Origin: Mobula hypostoma
Lineage: Eukaryota
Reading direction: 5' to 3'
Assembly: GCF_963921235.1 (NCBI RefSeq)
Contig: NC_086097.1
Span: forward strand, 24,616,001 to 24,680,000
DNA: 64,000 nt
The notes below the pieces were generated by a model. That model had not been told where the DNA came from, ran no database searches, and worked only from the letters and a program-made list of their open reading frames with translations. Numbering within the stretch: position 1 is the first letter of the stretch; each line of letters begins with the position of its first letter. This document shows positions 63,857 to 64,000 of this stretch, piece by piece. The position numbers were made by a program, and so were the translations under genes.

Positions 63857-64000
63857 GGCCAATTTATACTTCTGCGTCGAATCTACGCTGTAGATACGGC
63901 GTAGCTGCGTACCCTATGCCGTAGCCTGACGCACACCTCCCCAAAAATGTAATTACGCGTCGCGGTGATGCAGGCCACAACAACTGTGATTGGTCCGCTT
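63857..64000. mobile_element. Left end of a probable PIF/Harbinger-type non-autonomous element (runs off the window)
   Basis: taa|ggccaatttatact terminus (TWA target) and an abrupt switch to CpG-rich acgc/gcgt subterminal repeats. Confidence 0.55.

Overview
Repeat-saturated vertebrate genomic DNA, intronic or intergenic. The repeat set (CR1 LINEs with (TTCTATG)n/(TCTTATG)n tails, V-domain SINEs, Rex1/Babar LINEs, Penelope-like elements) suggests a cartilaginous fish, probably a ray; this is an inference. I could not identify a host gene. Every recognisable ORF is transposon-derived: a young 5'-truncated CR1 RT with one frameshift (about 55240-56901), a decayed Rex1/Babar LINE (46045-48615), Penelope-like GIY-YIG endonuclease ends (15202-15495, 38138-38700), a dead Tc1 with about 200-bp TIRs (26770-28215) and a decayed Gypsy LTR element (about 23782-28518). 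The most notable structures are: (i) many Penelope-associated minimal hammerhead-ribozyme motifs, several with intact cores; (ii) a composite non-autonomous element made of two ~65-bp Tc1-type hairpin MITEs around a fixed ~400-bp cargo, present twice; (iii) several multi-layer nested insertions whose order can be read from target-site duplications; and (iv) a few repeat-free islands with splice-like signals that may be small exons or conserved non-coding elements. I found no convincing novel multi-gene system. Boundaries of old repeats are approximate, and family names come from motif recognition, not database searches.
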